64,000 nt of DNA from Loktanella sp. (GTDB lineage Bacteria > Pseudomonadota > Alphaproteobacteria > Rhodobacterales > Rhodobacteraceae): the NCBI GenBank assembly GCA_017542965.1, contig JAFWEI010000008.1, positions 16,920-80,919 of the forward strand, in the 5' to 3' direction. The position numbers and the translations under genes are program-made. Below, piece by piece: positions 19,512 through 28,217 of the stretch (the first letter of the stretch is position 1; the number at the start of each line of letters is the position of its first letter). A model generated the notes under the pieces. The model did no database searches, was not told the origin of the DNA, and saw only the letters and a list, made by a program, of their open reading frames with translations.

Positions 19512-20602
19512 TGTCTTGCCCTGCGCATTGCCAGAAAAATCCGTTCCAGCGGCATGCGCACCATATTGTCCAATGCGCCGGTGAACAGGATCACCAAAGC
19601 CTGTATCACGATGATCAGTTCACGCGGGATCGACGTCCAGAGCGCAAGCTCTGCCCCGCCCTGATACAGAAAGCCGAATAGCAGGGCCGCCAGCAACACC
19701 CCGAAAGGATGGCTGCGCCCCATCAGCGCGACGGCGATGCCGATAAAGCCCGCACCTTCCACGGCGTTCAGCACCAGCCGTTCAGCCTCGCCCTGCACGT
19801 TGTTGATGGCCATCATGCCGGCCAGACCGCCGGACACCAGCATGGTGACCATGATGATCTTGGTCGGGCTGATGCCCGCATATTTCGCGGCTGATTCCGA
19901 ATGGCCGAAAGACCGCAATTCATATCCCAGCCGCGTGCGCCAGATCAGCGCCCAGATCGCGACACAGGCCGCGACCGCCACGAAAAAGGTGACATTGGCC
20001 GGTGCGCCCCGGAAAAAGGTCGTCTCGCCGAAATTGAACATATCCTGAAACGACGGCAGATGCGTCGCGGGCGGAAAGGTCGCTGTCGCTGGTTCCATCG
20101 ATCCCGGCACCTTGAGAGCGCCGATCAGCAGGTAATTCAACAAGGCGGCCGCGATAAAGTTGAACATGATCGTGGTGATCACGATATGGCTGCCGCGCTT
20201 GGCCTGCAGAAATGCGGGGATCGCGGCCCAAGCCGCACCGAACGCCGCCGCCATCAGGCCAGCCCCGATCAGGGCCAGCGACCAATGCGGCCACGGGATG
20301 TAAAGACAGGCCAGCGCCACGCCCAAACCGCCCAGTACCGCCTGACCTTCGCCGCCGATGTTGAACAGCCGCGCGTGAAAGGCGACGGATACCGCAAGAC
20401 CGGTAAAGATGAAATTGGTGGCGTAATACAGCGTATAGCCCCAACCATAGGTGGACCCCAGCGCGCCATCGACCATCAGCATCAGCGCGGCCCACGGGTT
20501 TTCACCGATAGCAAGGATCACCAGCGCCGACAGCACCGCCGCCAGCAGGATCGAGATCAGCGGAATCAGGATCACATCGGCCCATTTTGGCATCACATCC
20601 AT
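19508..20602 (-). CDS. Nucleoside ABC transporter permease (NupB-like)
   Basis: LFNIGGEGQ, RGSHIVITTIMFNF, GFIGIAVALMGRSHP. Confidence 0.92.
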   Translation of the reverse strand: MDVMPKWADVILIPLISILLAAVLSALVILAIGENPWAALMLMVDGALGSTYGWGYTLYYATNFIFTGLAVSVAFHARLFNIGGEGQAVLGGLGVALACLYIPWPHWSLALIGAGLMAAAFGAAWAAIPAFLQAKRGSHIVITTIMFNFIAAALLNYLLIGALKVPGSMEPATATFPPATHLPSFQDMFNFGETTFFRGAPANVTFFVAVAACVAIWALIWRTRLGYELRSFGHSESAAKYAGISPTKIIMVTMLVSGGLAGMMAINNVQGEAERLVLNAVEGAGFIGIAVALMGRSHPFGVLLAALLFGFLYQGGAELALWTSIPRELIIVIQALVILFTGALDNMVRMPLERIFLAMRRARQ

Positions 20603-20604
20603 GA

Positions 20605-22209
20605 TCAGACCCCTTTTCCGGCGTCGCCGCCTGCATAGGCAAGGTTTTCCGCGACGGCCTGAAACAGGTCGCCTGCGGGCGCGGTCGTCATGCCCGCCAT
20701 CAGCAGACCCAGTTCTTTTTCGTCGGTGTCCTGTGGCATCCGCTCGCCCATGATTTTGCCGTCGAACATAACGGCGATCCGGTCGGACAGGGACAGAATC
20801 TCTTCCAGCTCGACCGAAACCAGCAAGATGGCCTTGCCCTGATCGCGCAGCGCAACGATCTGTTGGTGGATAAATTCGATCGCGCCGATATCGACGCCGC
20901 GTGTCGGCTGGCTGATCAGCAACAGGTCAGGGTTGCGTTCAATCTCGCGGGCCAGCACGATTTTTTGCTGGTTGCCGCCGGAAAAGCTTTTCGCGGCCAG
21001 TCTGGGGTCGGGCGGGCGCACGTCGAAACGGGCCATTTTCTCGGCGGTGTCGCGCAGGATCGCCTGATTGTCCATGAACAGACGTGAGCGTTGATAGCGC
21101 GCGTCATGGTGATAGCCAAAGGCGGTGTTTTCCCAAGCCTGAAAATCCATGATCAGACCTTCGCGCTGGCGGTCCTCGGGGACATGGGCGATGCCATGCG
21201 CGCGCCTGCTTTGCCCGTCGGATTGCGCGCCGGTCAGGTCAATCTCGACCCCGTTCATCCGCAGGCTGCCGGTGGCGCGTTCATAACCCCCCAGCACCTC
21301 GAGCAATTCGGACTGCCCGTTGCCCGCCACCCCCGCGATGCCCAGTATCTCGCCTGCATGGACGTCGAAACTGACGCCTTTGACGCGGTGGACACCTTTG
21401 TCATCTGTGACGTTCAGATCGCGGACTTCCAGTATCTTGCGCCCGATCACGGGCGGCGTCTTGTCCACGCGCAACAGCACCTTGCGGCCAACCATCAGTT
21501 CGGCCAGCTGGGCGGGGCTGGTCTCGGCGGTCTTGACGGTCGCTGTCATCTCGCCCCGGCGCATGACGCTGACGGTATCGGTGATATCCATGATTTCGCG
21601 CAGCTTATGGGTGATCAGGATGATCGTCTTGCCTTCACGGCGCAGGTTTTCAAGGATGCGGAACAAATGATCCGCCTCGGCGGGGGTCAGAACGCCGGTC
21701 GGTTCGTCGAGGATCAGGATATCGGCCTGCCGGTACAGCGCCTTGAGGATCTCGACACGCTGCTGCATGCCGACGCCGACATCCTCGATCACCGCATCGG
21801 GATCGACGTTGAGTTCGTATTCTTCGGCCAGCGCCTTCAACTCGCGCCGCGCGCGCGCAAGGGACGGGCGCAAGAGGCCACTGTCCTCGGCCCCAAGGAT
21901 GACATTTTCCAGCACGGTGAAATTTTCCACCAGTTTGAAATGCTGGAACACCATCCCGATCCCTGCGGCGATGGCGGCTTGGCTGTCGCTGATATTGGCC
22001 TTTTTGCCCGCGATGAAAATCTCGCCTTTGTCGGCTTTGTAGAACCCGTAAAGGATCGACATCAGGGTCGATTTGCCAGCGCCGTTTTCACCGATGATCC
22101 CGTGGATCGTGCCGGGCATGACGCGGATGGAAATATCCTTGTTGGCCTGCACCGGGCCGAATGCCTTGGAAATACCTTTGAGTTCGATGGCGGGGGCTGG
22201 GGCAGTCAT
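20605..22209 (-). CDS. Nucleoside ABC transporter ATP-binding protein (NupA-like, two ABC domains)
   Basis: GENGAGKST, DEPTGVL, SFSGGNQQK, QPTRGVDIGA; start moved to 22209. Confidence 0.95.
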   Translation of the reverse strand: MTAPAPAIELKGISKAFGPVQANKDISIRVMPGTIHGIIGENGAGKSTLMSILYGFYKADKGEIFIAGKKANISDSQAAIAAGIGMVFQHFKLVENFTVLENVILGAEDSGLLRPSLARARRELKALAEEYELNVDPDAVIEDVGVGMQQRVEILKALYRQADILILDEPTGVLTPAEADHLFRILENLRREGKTIILITHKLREIMDITDTVSVMRRGEMTATVKTAETSPAQLAELMVGRKVLLRVDKTPPVIGRKILEVRDLNVTDDKGVHRVKGVSFDVHAGEILGIAGVAGNGQSELLEVLGGYERATGSLRMNGVEIDLTGAQSDGQSRRAHGIAHVPEDRQREGLIMDFQAWENTAFGYHHDARYQRSRLFMDNQAILRDTAEKMARFDVRPPDPRLAAKSFSGGNQQKIVLAREIERNPDLLLISQPTRGVDIGAIEFIHQQIVALRDQGKAILLVSVELEEILSLSDRIAVMFDGKIMGERMPQDTDEKELGLLMAGMTTAPAGDLFQAVAENLAYAGGDAGKGV

Positions 22210-22231
22210 GCGGCACTTGTCCTTGTACAAA

Positions 22232-22261
22232 GGGCCGCGCGGATCAATGTCAGCGCGGCCC
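22232..22261 (-). terminator. Intercistronic stem-loop after the binding-protein gene
   Basis: GGGCCGCGC...GCGCGGCCC 9-bp stem between the BMP gene and the ATPase gene; could be a stabiliser or attenuator. Confidence 0.5.
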
Positions 22262-22285
22262 CGCTTTTATGGCCTGTCGGGCGTC

Positions 22286-23281
22286 TTAGAACGTCAGGGC
22301 AGGGCAGCTTTCGTCGGATGAATAATCATGCACAGCCAGCGTGCCTGCCGCGATATCGGCAGCGGCGGCATCGACGGCGGCCTGCATGTCGGTGGTGACC
22401 AGATCGGCGTTGAATTCATCCAGCGCGTAACCCACGCCATCATTCGCCACGCCCATCACGTTGAACCCTGTTTCCAGCGCCTCGCCTTGGGTGAATGCGT
22501 CATAAACCGCGTTATCCACGCGCTTGAGCATCGAGGTCAGGACCTGACCGGGGTGCAGATAGTTCTGGTTGGCATCGACGCCGATCGACAGGATGTTGCT
22601 GTCAGCGGCGGTCTGCAACACACCGACACCGGTGCCACCGGCAGCGGCGAACACCACGTCGGACCCCTGGCTGATCTGTGCCAGCGTCAGTTCGGACCCT
22701 TTCACCGGATCGTTCCATGCCGCAGGTGTGGTGCCGGTCATATTGGCGATCACGGTTGCTTCGGGGTTCACGGCCAATACACCTTGGGCATAGCCACAGG
22801 CGAATTTGCGGATCAGCGGGATGTCCATGCCACCGACAAAAGACACAGTGCCGGTTTCAGAGGCCATCGCAGCCATCATGCCGACCAGATAGGACCCTTC
22901 ATGTTCGTTGAATACGACCGAACGGACGTTGGGCGCGTCAACGACCATGTCGATGATGGTAAAGCTGGTGTCGGGATAGTCGGCAGCCACTTTTTCCAGC
23001 GGCGTGGCCCATGAAAAGCCCGCCATCACAATCGGGTTGGCACCGGATTCAGCGAAACGGCGGATCGCCTGTTCACGCTGTGCATCGGACTGGATTTCGA
23101 CCTCGGCATAGGTGCCGCCGGTTTCCGTCGCCCAACGCTCTGCCCCGTTATAGGCGCTTTCGTTAAAGGATTTGTCGAACTTGCCACCCAGATCGAACAG
23201 GATGGCTGGATCGGCGGCAGCGGCACCTGCGCTCAGAGCCAGTGCTGCGGATGCGCCAAGAAGTTTATGCATAACGGTCAT
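22286..23281 (-). CDS. BMP family (PnrA/TmpC-like) nucleoside-binding protein
   Basis: Signal peptide, GGKFDKSFNESA, FNEHEGSYLVG, AAGGTGVG, IGVDANQ, SMLKRVD; RBS GGGAG before ATG 23281. Confidence 0.92.
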   Translation of the reverse strand: MTVMHKLLGASAALALSAGAAAADPAILFDLGGKFDKSFNESAYNGAERWATETGGTYAEVEIQSDAQREQAIRRFAESGANPIVMAGFSWATPLEKVAADYPDTSFTIIDMVVDAPNVRSVVFNEHEGSYLVGMMAAMASETGTVSFVGGMDIPLIRKFACGYAQGVLAVNPEATVIANMTGTTPAAWNDPVKGSELTLAQISQGSDVVFAAAGGTGVGVLQTAADSNILSIGVDANQNYLHPGQVLTSMLKRVDNAVYDAFTQGEALETGFNVMGVANDGVGYALDEFNADLVTTDMQAAVDAAAADIAAGTLAVHDYSSDESCPALTF

Positions 23282-23469
23282 CGTCGTCTCCCAAGTCGTT
23301 TTTCGAAGTCTTGCCGGCTGTTCGCCTGCGCCTTCGGTTGATTGCTTAGCCGACCATTGTCGGGCCATCGCAAGATAAGGCATGGGCGACTGACGAAGAT
23401 CAACAGGTTTTTGCGCCAAATCGGGCATCTGTCAGAGGATTGATCGCCGGTCATGCACCTGACGCCGCG

Positions 23470-23889
23470 TTACTGGGCGACAACTGCCTTGCGCAGCACC
23501 AGCGCCGCGACAGGTGCTGCATCTTTGGGCAGATAATAACCGGGCCGCCGCCCGATCTGGGCATAGCCCGCCTGCGCATAAAGCGCGCGGGCGGCGTCAT
23601 TATCCTCGGCCACCTCAAGAAAGATCACGGCGGCGCCTGCCGCCTGCGCCGCCGTTTCCGCCTGCGCCAGCACCGCGCGCGCCAGCCCCTTGCGGCGATG
23701 TTCGGGGGCGGTGGCGATGGTCAGCACCTCGGCCTCGTCCAGCGTCACGCGCAGCAGGGCAAAGGCGCGGTCGTCGCCCGTCAATACCATGCCGGGCTGG
23801 TCCAGCAGGCTGCGGAACTCCGCCGCCGACCATGCGCGCGTGCTGGAAAACGCCTGTGCGTGGATGCGGGCCAATGCCTCTGACGTCAT
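23470..23889 (-). CDS. rimI: RimI-like GNAT N-acetyltransferase
   Basis: EAEVLTIATAPEHRRKGLA, FLEVAEDNDAARALY, RRPGYY; coupled to tsaB. Confidence 0.85.
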   Translation of the reverse strand: MTSEALARIHAQAFSSTRAWSAAEFRSLLDQPGMVLTGDDRAFALLRVTLDEAEVLTIATAPEHRRKGLARAVLAQAETAAQAAGAAVIFLEVAEDNDAARALYAQAGYAQIGRRPGYYLPKDAAPVAALVLRKAVVAQ

Positions 23890-24470
23890 GGCAGGATCAC
23901 GGGGGCAGCGTCCCGCGCGGGGGCGGCATCGGCAGCGCGAACATATAGCGGCGTGGGGCGGGGATGATCCCCGCCGATCCGGCCCGCCGCGATCTGCGCC
24001 AGACAGCCCACATGCGCCGCAGGGCTGTGGTCGGTCGAAAGCGCGACAGCGCGCAAATCCCCGTAAGGCACAATGACCGCGTTGGCCATCGTGTCGAAAT
24101 CCATCAGATAGGCTTGGTCGCGCGGGGCAGGCACCGCAACCTGTGCGCGATTGGACAGCCGCCGTGTCGTGTCGAACACCGACACCCCGACCGCAGGCTT
24201 GCCCAGCCCCAGCGCCAGACCGCGCGCGGCGCTGACCGAAATGCGGATGCCGGTGAAATTGCCCGGGCCGGTGCCCACGCCGATCCCGTCCAGATCACGC
24301 CATGTCAGCCCTTGGGCTGTCAGCATCTCTTGCAGCATCGGCATCAGATGTTCGGCTTGCCCTTTGGCCATGTCGTCGATGCGGGTGATGATCCGGTCGC
24401 CCAACAGCAAAGCGGCGGCGCAATGCGCCGCCGATGTGTCGAATGCGATCAGTCTGGTGTCAGGCGGCAT
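23886..24470 (-). CDS. tsaB: tRNA threonylcarbamoyladenosine biosynthesis protein TsaB
   Basis: IAFDTS, QAEHL, VGTGPGNFTGIRISVSAARGLALG; start moved to 24470. Confidence 0.92.
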   Translation of the reverse strand: MPPDTRLIAFDTSAAHCAAALLLGDRIITRIDDMAKGQAEHLMPMLQEMLTAQGLTWRDLDGIGVGTGPGNFTGIRISVSAARGLALGLGKPAVGVSVFDTTRRLSNRAQVAVPAPRDQAYLMDFDTMANAVIVPYGDLRAVALSTDHSPAAHVGCLAQIAAGRIGGDHPRPTPLYVRAADAAPARDAAPVILP

Positions 24471-24487
24471 GATTGATGCGCGTCCGC

Positions 24488-25051
24488 TCAGGCCGCGACA
24501 GGCCGGACCTCGATCACCTCGGGGATATAGTGGCGCAGCAGGTTTTCGATGCCCATTTTCAGCGTCAACGTGGATGACGGGCAACCGGCACAGGCACCCT
24601 GCATATGCAGATAGACGATGCCGCGGTCAAAGCCGTGGAATGTGATGTCGCCGCCATCCTGCGCCACGGCAGGGCGCACGCGGGTGTCCAGCAATTCCTT
24701 GATCTGGGTGACGATGTCGCCATCCTCGCCACTGTGGTCGGCATGTCCGCTGACGGGTTTGTGGTCGGCGGCCATCACTGGCTGGCCCGACTGGTAATGT
24801 TCCATGATCGCGCCCAGAATGCCGGGCTTGATATGGTCCCATTCCGCGCCATCGGCCTTGGTCACGGTGACGAAATCAATACCAAAGAACACGCCCGACA
24901 CGCCACCAGCGGCAAAGATGCGCTGGGCCAGCGGCGAATGCTGCGCGGCCTCGGCATTGGGGAAATCGGCAGTGCCAACCTCCAGCACGTTTTGTCCGGG
25001 CAGGAATTTCAGCGTTGCGGGGTTCGGGGTCGATTCGGTCTGGATGAACAT
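24488..25051 (-). CDS. nfuA: NifU/NfuA-type Fe-S cluster biogenesis protein
   Basis: MFIQTESTPNPATLKFLPG; VRPAVAQDGGD; GACAGCPSSTLTLKMGIENLL. Confidence 0.92.
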   Translation of the reverse strand: MFIQTESTPNPATLKFLPGQNVLEVGTADFPNAEAAQHSPLAQRIFAAGGVSGVFFGIDFVTVTKADGAEWDHIKPGILGAIMEHYQSGQPVMAADHKPVSGHADHSGEDGDIVTQIKELLDTRVRPAVAQDGGDITFHGFDRGIVYLHMQGACAGCPSSTLTLKMGIENLLRHYIPEVIEVRPVAA

Positions 25052-25078
25052 GATGCGGACCTTCTGTTTCAGGCTTTG

Positions 25079-25107
25079 AATATGCGCATGCGCGCGCGAT
25101 CTGTCAA
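25079..25107 (-). promoter_or_regulatory. Putative promoter of nfuA (TTGACA-N17-CATATT)
   Basis: Minus strand has TTGACA at 25107-25102 and CATATT at 25084-25079 with a 17-nt spacer. Confidence 0.55.
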
Positions 25108-25110
25108 GGA

Positions 25111-25127
25111 TTTGGAACGATTCTAAA
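25111..25127. promoter_or_regulatory. Irr-binding iron control element (ICE)
   Basis: TTTGGAACGATTCTAAA fits the ICE consensus TTTRGAAYNRTTCYAAA at every position; lies next to the -35 of nfuA. Confidence 0.75.
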
Positions 25128-25138
25128 CTACGCCGGCG

Positions 25139-25600
25139 TCAGGTAATCGATTCGAGCCGTTCTTTCGACAGGTCCCCCGGCACGATGGTGATCGGTACCG
25201 GCAGGCTGCCGGCCTGACGGCTGAGTTGTGTGACCAGCGGGCCGGGGCCTTTGGTATCGGTGCCAGCGCCCAGCACCAGAACGCCGATTTCGGGGTCTTC
25301 GGTGATCTGCGCGATGATTTCAACCAGCGGTTCGCCTTCGCGGATGATCAGTTCTGGGTGGATATTCTGCTTGTCGCGCATCCATTTGGCGAAAACCTCG
25401 TAATGGACTTCGATCCGTTCGCGGGCCTCGGCGCGCATGATTTCACCGACACCGATCCAGTGGTTGAATTCGTCGGGCGGGATCACCGACAAGATCGTCA
25501 CACCACCGCCAGACCGTGCCGCACGCATCGCAGCGAACCGCATCGCGTTCAGACATTCGCGGCTGTCGTCCAGCACCACCAGAAACTTGCGCATGTTCAT
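25139..25600 (-). CDS. Universal stress protein
   Basis: RKFLVVLDDSRECLNAMRFAA, VLVLGAG, GPGPLV, VPITIVPG; RBS AGGAG before ATG 25600. Confidence 0.88.
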   Translation of the reverse strand: MNMRKFLVVLDDSRECLNAMRFAAMRAARSGGGVTILSVIPPDEFNHWIGVGEIMRAEARERIEVHYEVFAKWMRDKQNIHPELIIREGEPLVEIIAQITEDPEIGVLVLGAGTDTKGPGPLVTQLSRQAGSLPVPITIVPGDLSKERLESIT

Positions 25601-25660
25601 ACTCCTGTTCGGGGGCATAGTGCAGCAGGAACATGGCACTGGCAACGGGTGGGCCGCGTT

Positions 25661-25725
25661 GGCACCCGGTGCCGGGGAACACCGGGTGCCTGCGAGACCA
25701 AGGTGTCACTGGGGAGGCGACACCT
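25661..25725 (-). ncRNA. Candidate structured RNA: two hairpins with C-rich loops (CUCCCCA and GUUCCCC)
   Basis: Minus strand: AGGTGTCGC-CTCCCCA-GTGACACCT (9-bp stem) and GGCACCCGGTG-TTCCCCGG-CACCGGGTGCC (11-bp stem). No clear promoter or U-tract seen. Confidence 0.4.
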
Positions 25726-25784
25726 AGCCGGGGCGGAGCAGAGCGAATCCATGCAGCGCCTGTGCAGCCTCCCACCTGCCGGAT

Positions 25785-26279
25785 TCAGTTTTGTGACAGC
25801 TTATACGCGAAATCGACCAGCGCCTGCACGTCCAGCCTGTTGTTGCTCATCCGCAATGCGCCGCTGGCATCGCGGGGCCAGTCGGCCTGCGGTTTGTCGG
25901 TATAAAGCTCGACCCCGTTATTGTCGGGGTCACGCAGATAGACAGCCTCGCTGACGCCGTGGTCGGCCGCACCGTCCAGCGGAAGACCCGCCGCCAGCAC
26001 CCGTGCCACGACCGCACCCAGCGCCGCGCGGTCGGGAAAAAGGAATGCGGTGTGGTAAAGCCCCGTATGTCCGGCAGGCGGTGGCGTCGCGCCAAGGCTG
26101 TCCCAGGTGTTCAGCCCGATATGGTGGTGATAATCGCCAGCGGCGAGAAAGGCTGCACCTGTCCCGAACCTCTGTGTGACGTGAAAGCCCAGGATATCGC
26201 CATAAAAGGCAATCGCGCGGTCAAGATCGGACACACGCAGATGGACATGGCCGATACGGGTGGTGGCAGGGGCAGACAT
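25785..26279 (-). CDS. VOC family protein (catechol-2,3-dioxygenase/CatE-like)
   Basis: IGHVHLRVSDL, YHHHIGLNTW, GLYHTAF, DHGVSEAVYLRDPDNNGVELY. Confidence 0.88.
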   Translation of the reverse strand: MSAPATTRIGHVHLRVSDLDRAIAFYGDILGFHVTQRFGTGAAFLAAGDYHHHIGLNTWDSLGATPPPAGHTGLYHTAFLFPDRAALGAVVARVLAAGLPLDGAADHGVSEAVYLRDPDNNGVELYTDKPQADWPRDASGALRMSNNRLDVQALVDFAYKLSQN

Positions 26280-26372
26280 GGGGGTGATCCTTTCAGCTAT
26301 GCTGTCAGGATAGGCATGATCCGCCCCGCCGTCATCGGGCAGGAATAGAGGGATGCTGTGCGCCTTTGCAGA

Positions 26373-27389
26373 TCAGCCGCGCAGCAGGCCCACGATGTCA
26401 TAGGTCCGCTGCAGCACGGGTTGCGCGATGGCGCGCGCCTTGTCGGCCCCTTGGGCCAGAATGCGGTCAATCTCGGCGGGATCGGCCATGAACCGTGCCA
26501 TGTCCTGTGAAATGGGGGCCAGTTTCGCCACCGCTAGATCGGCCAGCGCGGGCTTGAACGTGCCCCAGCCGGCACCCGGATATTGCGCGATCACCGCCTC
26601 TGGTGTGGTGTCGTCAAGGGCGGCATAGATATCCACCAGATTGCGCGCCTCGGGGCGGGTTTTCAGCCCTTCGACGGTTTCGGGCAAAGGTTCGGGGTCG
26701 GTCTTGGCCTTTTTGAACTTTTTGGCGATCGTGTCGGCATCATCAAGCATGTTGATGCGTTCCATGTCGCTGTCGCCGGATTTGGACATTTTCTTGGTGC
26801 CGTCGCGCAGGTTCATCACCCGTGTGGCGGGCCCGTCGATCACCGGTTCGGTCAGCGGAAAGAAATCGACGCCGTAATCGTGATTGAATTTAGCCGCGAT
26901 ATCGCGCGTCAGTTCCACATGCTGTTTCTGGTCCTCGCCCACCGGCACATGGGTCGCGTGATAGAGCAGGATGTCCGCCGCCATCAGCGACGGATAGGCA
27001 TAAAGCCCCAGAGACACCTTTTCCGCGTTCGACCCCGCCTTGTCCTTGAACTGGGTCATCCGGTTCATCCAGCCCACGCGTGCGACGCAGTTGAAGATCC
27101 AGCCCAATTCGGCATGGGCCGCAACACGGCTTTGGTTGAACAGGATGGATTTTGCAGGGTCCAGACCGGCGGCCAGATAGCCCGCCGCAACCTCGCGCGT
27201 GCCATGGGCCAAATCCGCAGGGTCCTGCCAGACGGTGATCGCATGCAGATCGACAACGCAATAGATGGTTTCCATCGTGCCCTGCATGCCGACGAACCGT
27301 TTGATCGCGCCCAGATAATTGCCCAGTTGCAGGCCGCCCGAAGGTTTGATCCCCGAAAAGACGCGCGGGGTAAAGGTTGGCTGGGTCAT
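26373..27389 (-). CDS. trpS: Tryptophan--tRNA ligase
   Basis: [34 protein letters not shown]. Confidence 0.97.
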   Translation of the reverse strand: MTQPTFTPRVFSGIKPSGGLQLGNYLGAIKRFVGMQGTMETIYCVVDLHAITVWQDPADLAHGTREVAAGYLAAGLDPAKSILFNQSRVAAHAELGWIFNCVARVGWMNRMTQFKDKAGSNAEKVSLGLYAYPSLMAADILLYHATHVPVGEDQKQHVELTRDIAAKFNHDYGVDFFPLTEPVIDGPATRVMNLRDGTKKMSKSGDSDMERINMLDDADTIAKKFKKAKTDPEPLPETVEGLKTRPEARNLVDIYAALDDTTPEAVIAQYPGAGWGTFKPALADLAVAKLAPISQDMARFMADPAEIDRILAQGADKARAIAQPVLQRTYDIVGLLRG

Positions 27390-27476
27390 GGGGCAACGTC
27401 CGGGCTGGATTTCAGGGCAAGCGTCGCATACCCATGCCAGACAGGCCCGTCAACTTCAACCGCCCGAAGGTTCCCG

Positions 27477-28166
27477 ATGTCCGACAACATGTCCGAGAAG
27501 CCGATCAATGACCTTTCACCTGTCGTGATCGGCCTTGCGCTGCTGATCATCGGCGCAGAGGCCGCGTTCCAGCTGGCCAATGCGGGGCTGATCGGCGGGC
27601 CGCGTGGCCTTGGCTGGCGGATGGAGGCGGTGGGCCGGTTCGGCTTTTCGCCCGCCGTGCTGGACCGCGTGCTGGTGCAGGGCGATTGGTCGGTTGATAT
27701 GCTGATGCGCTTTGTGACCTATCCTTTCGTCAATGGCGAAATCGTGCAGACGGCGTTCTGCGCCGCGCTGACACTGGCCTTGGGCAAGTTCACGTCGGAA
27801 TATTTTGGCGGGCTGAAGGTTTTGGCGATCTATCTGGTGACCGCGATCATCGGGGCTGTCGCTTACGGCCTGCTGGTTGATGGCAATGCGCCGCTGCTGG
27901 GGGGCTTTACACCCGTCTATGGCCTGATCGGGGCTTATACCTATGTGCTTTGGCTGCGGCTGGGGCAGGCGGGGGAAAACCAGTTGCTGGCGTTCCGGCT
28001 GATCGGGTTTTTGCTGGCGCTGCAACTGGGGTTCGGGCTGATCTTTGGCGCGGGCCAGTCATGGATCGCGGAACTGTCGGGCTTTGTCGCGGGGTTCGTG
28101 CTGGCGGTGCCATTGGCACCCGGTGGCTGGACCATGCTGCTGGCGCGCATGCGGCAGAGGTCGTAA
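27477..28166 (+). CDS. Rhomboid-fold membrane protein, apparently catalytically inactive
   Basis: C-terminal part of the listed 527-aa ORF; about 6 TM helices, RFVTYPFV loop-1 motif, VYGLIG; GxSG replaced by GGFT and AHxxG replaced by AELSG. Confidence 0.8.
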   Translation: MSDNMSEKPINDLSPVVIGLALLIIGAEAAFQLANAGLIGGPRGLGWRMEAVGRFGFSPAVLDRVLVQGDWSVDMLMRFVTYPFVNGEIVQTAFCAALTLALGKFTSEYFGGLKVLAIYLVTAIIGAVAYGLLVDGNAPLLGGFTPVYGLIGAYTYVLWLRLGQAGENQLLAFRLIGFLLALQLGFGLIFGAGQSWIAELSGFVAGFVLAVPLAPGGWTMLLARMRQRS

Positions 28167-28177
28167 AGGACTTTTAT

Positions 28178-28210
28178 GCCTCCGGCGGGGATATTTGGGC
28201 TCGGAAGATG
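28178..28210 (+). repeat. Dispersed 33-bp repeat, copy 3 (consensus GCCTCCGGCGGGGATATTTGGGCTCGGAAGATG)
   Basis: Between the convergent rhomboid and murJ genes; identical to copies 5 and 6. Confidence 0.92.
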
Positions 28211-28217
28211 ATTGCGA

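Noticed and set aside
23886-24470. Short TsaB (194 aa) as a truncated pseudogene
   Set aside because: The frame is intact with N- and C-terminal motifs and is coupled to rimI; compact TsaB is plausible for this lineage.
26583-28166. 527-aa ORF suggesting a large rhomboid fusion
   Set aside because: The N-terminal ~300 codons are antisense to trpS; the real gene starts at 27477 or 27489.
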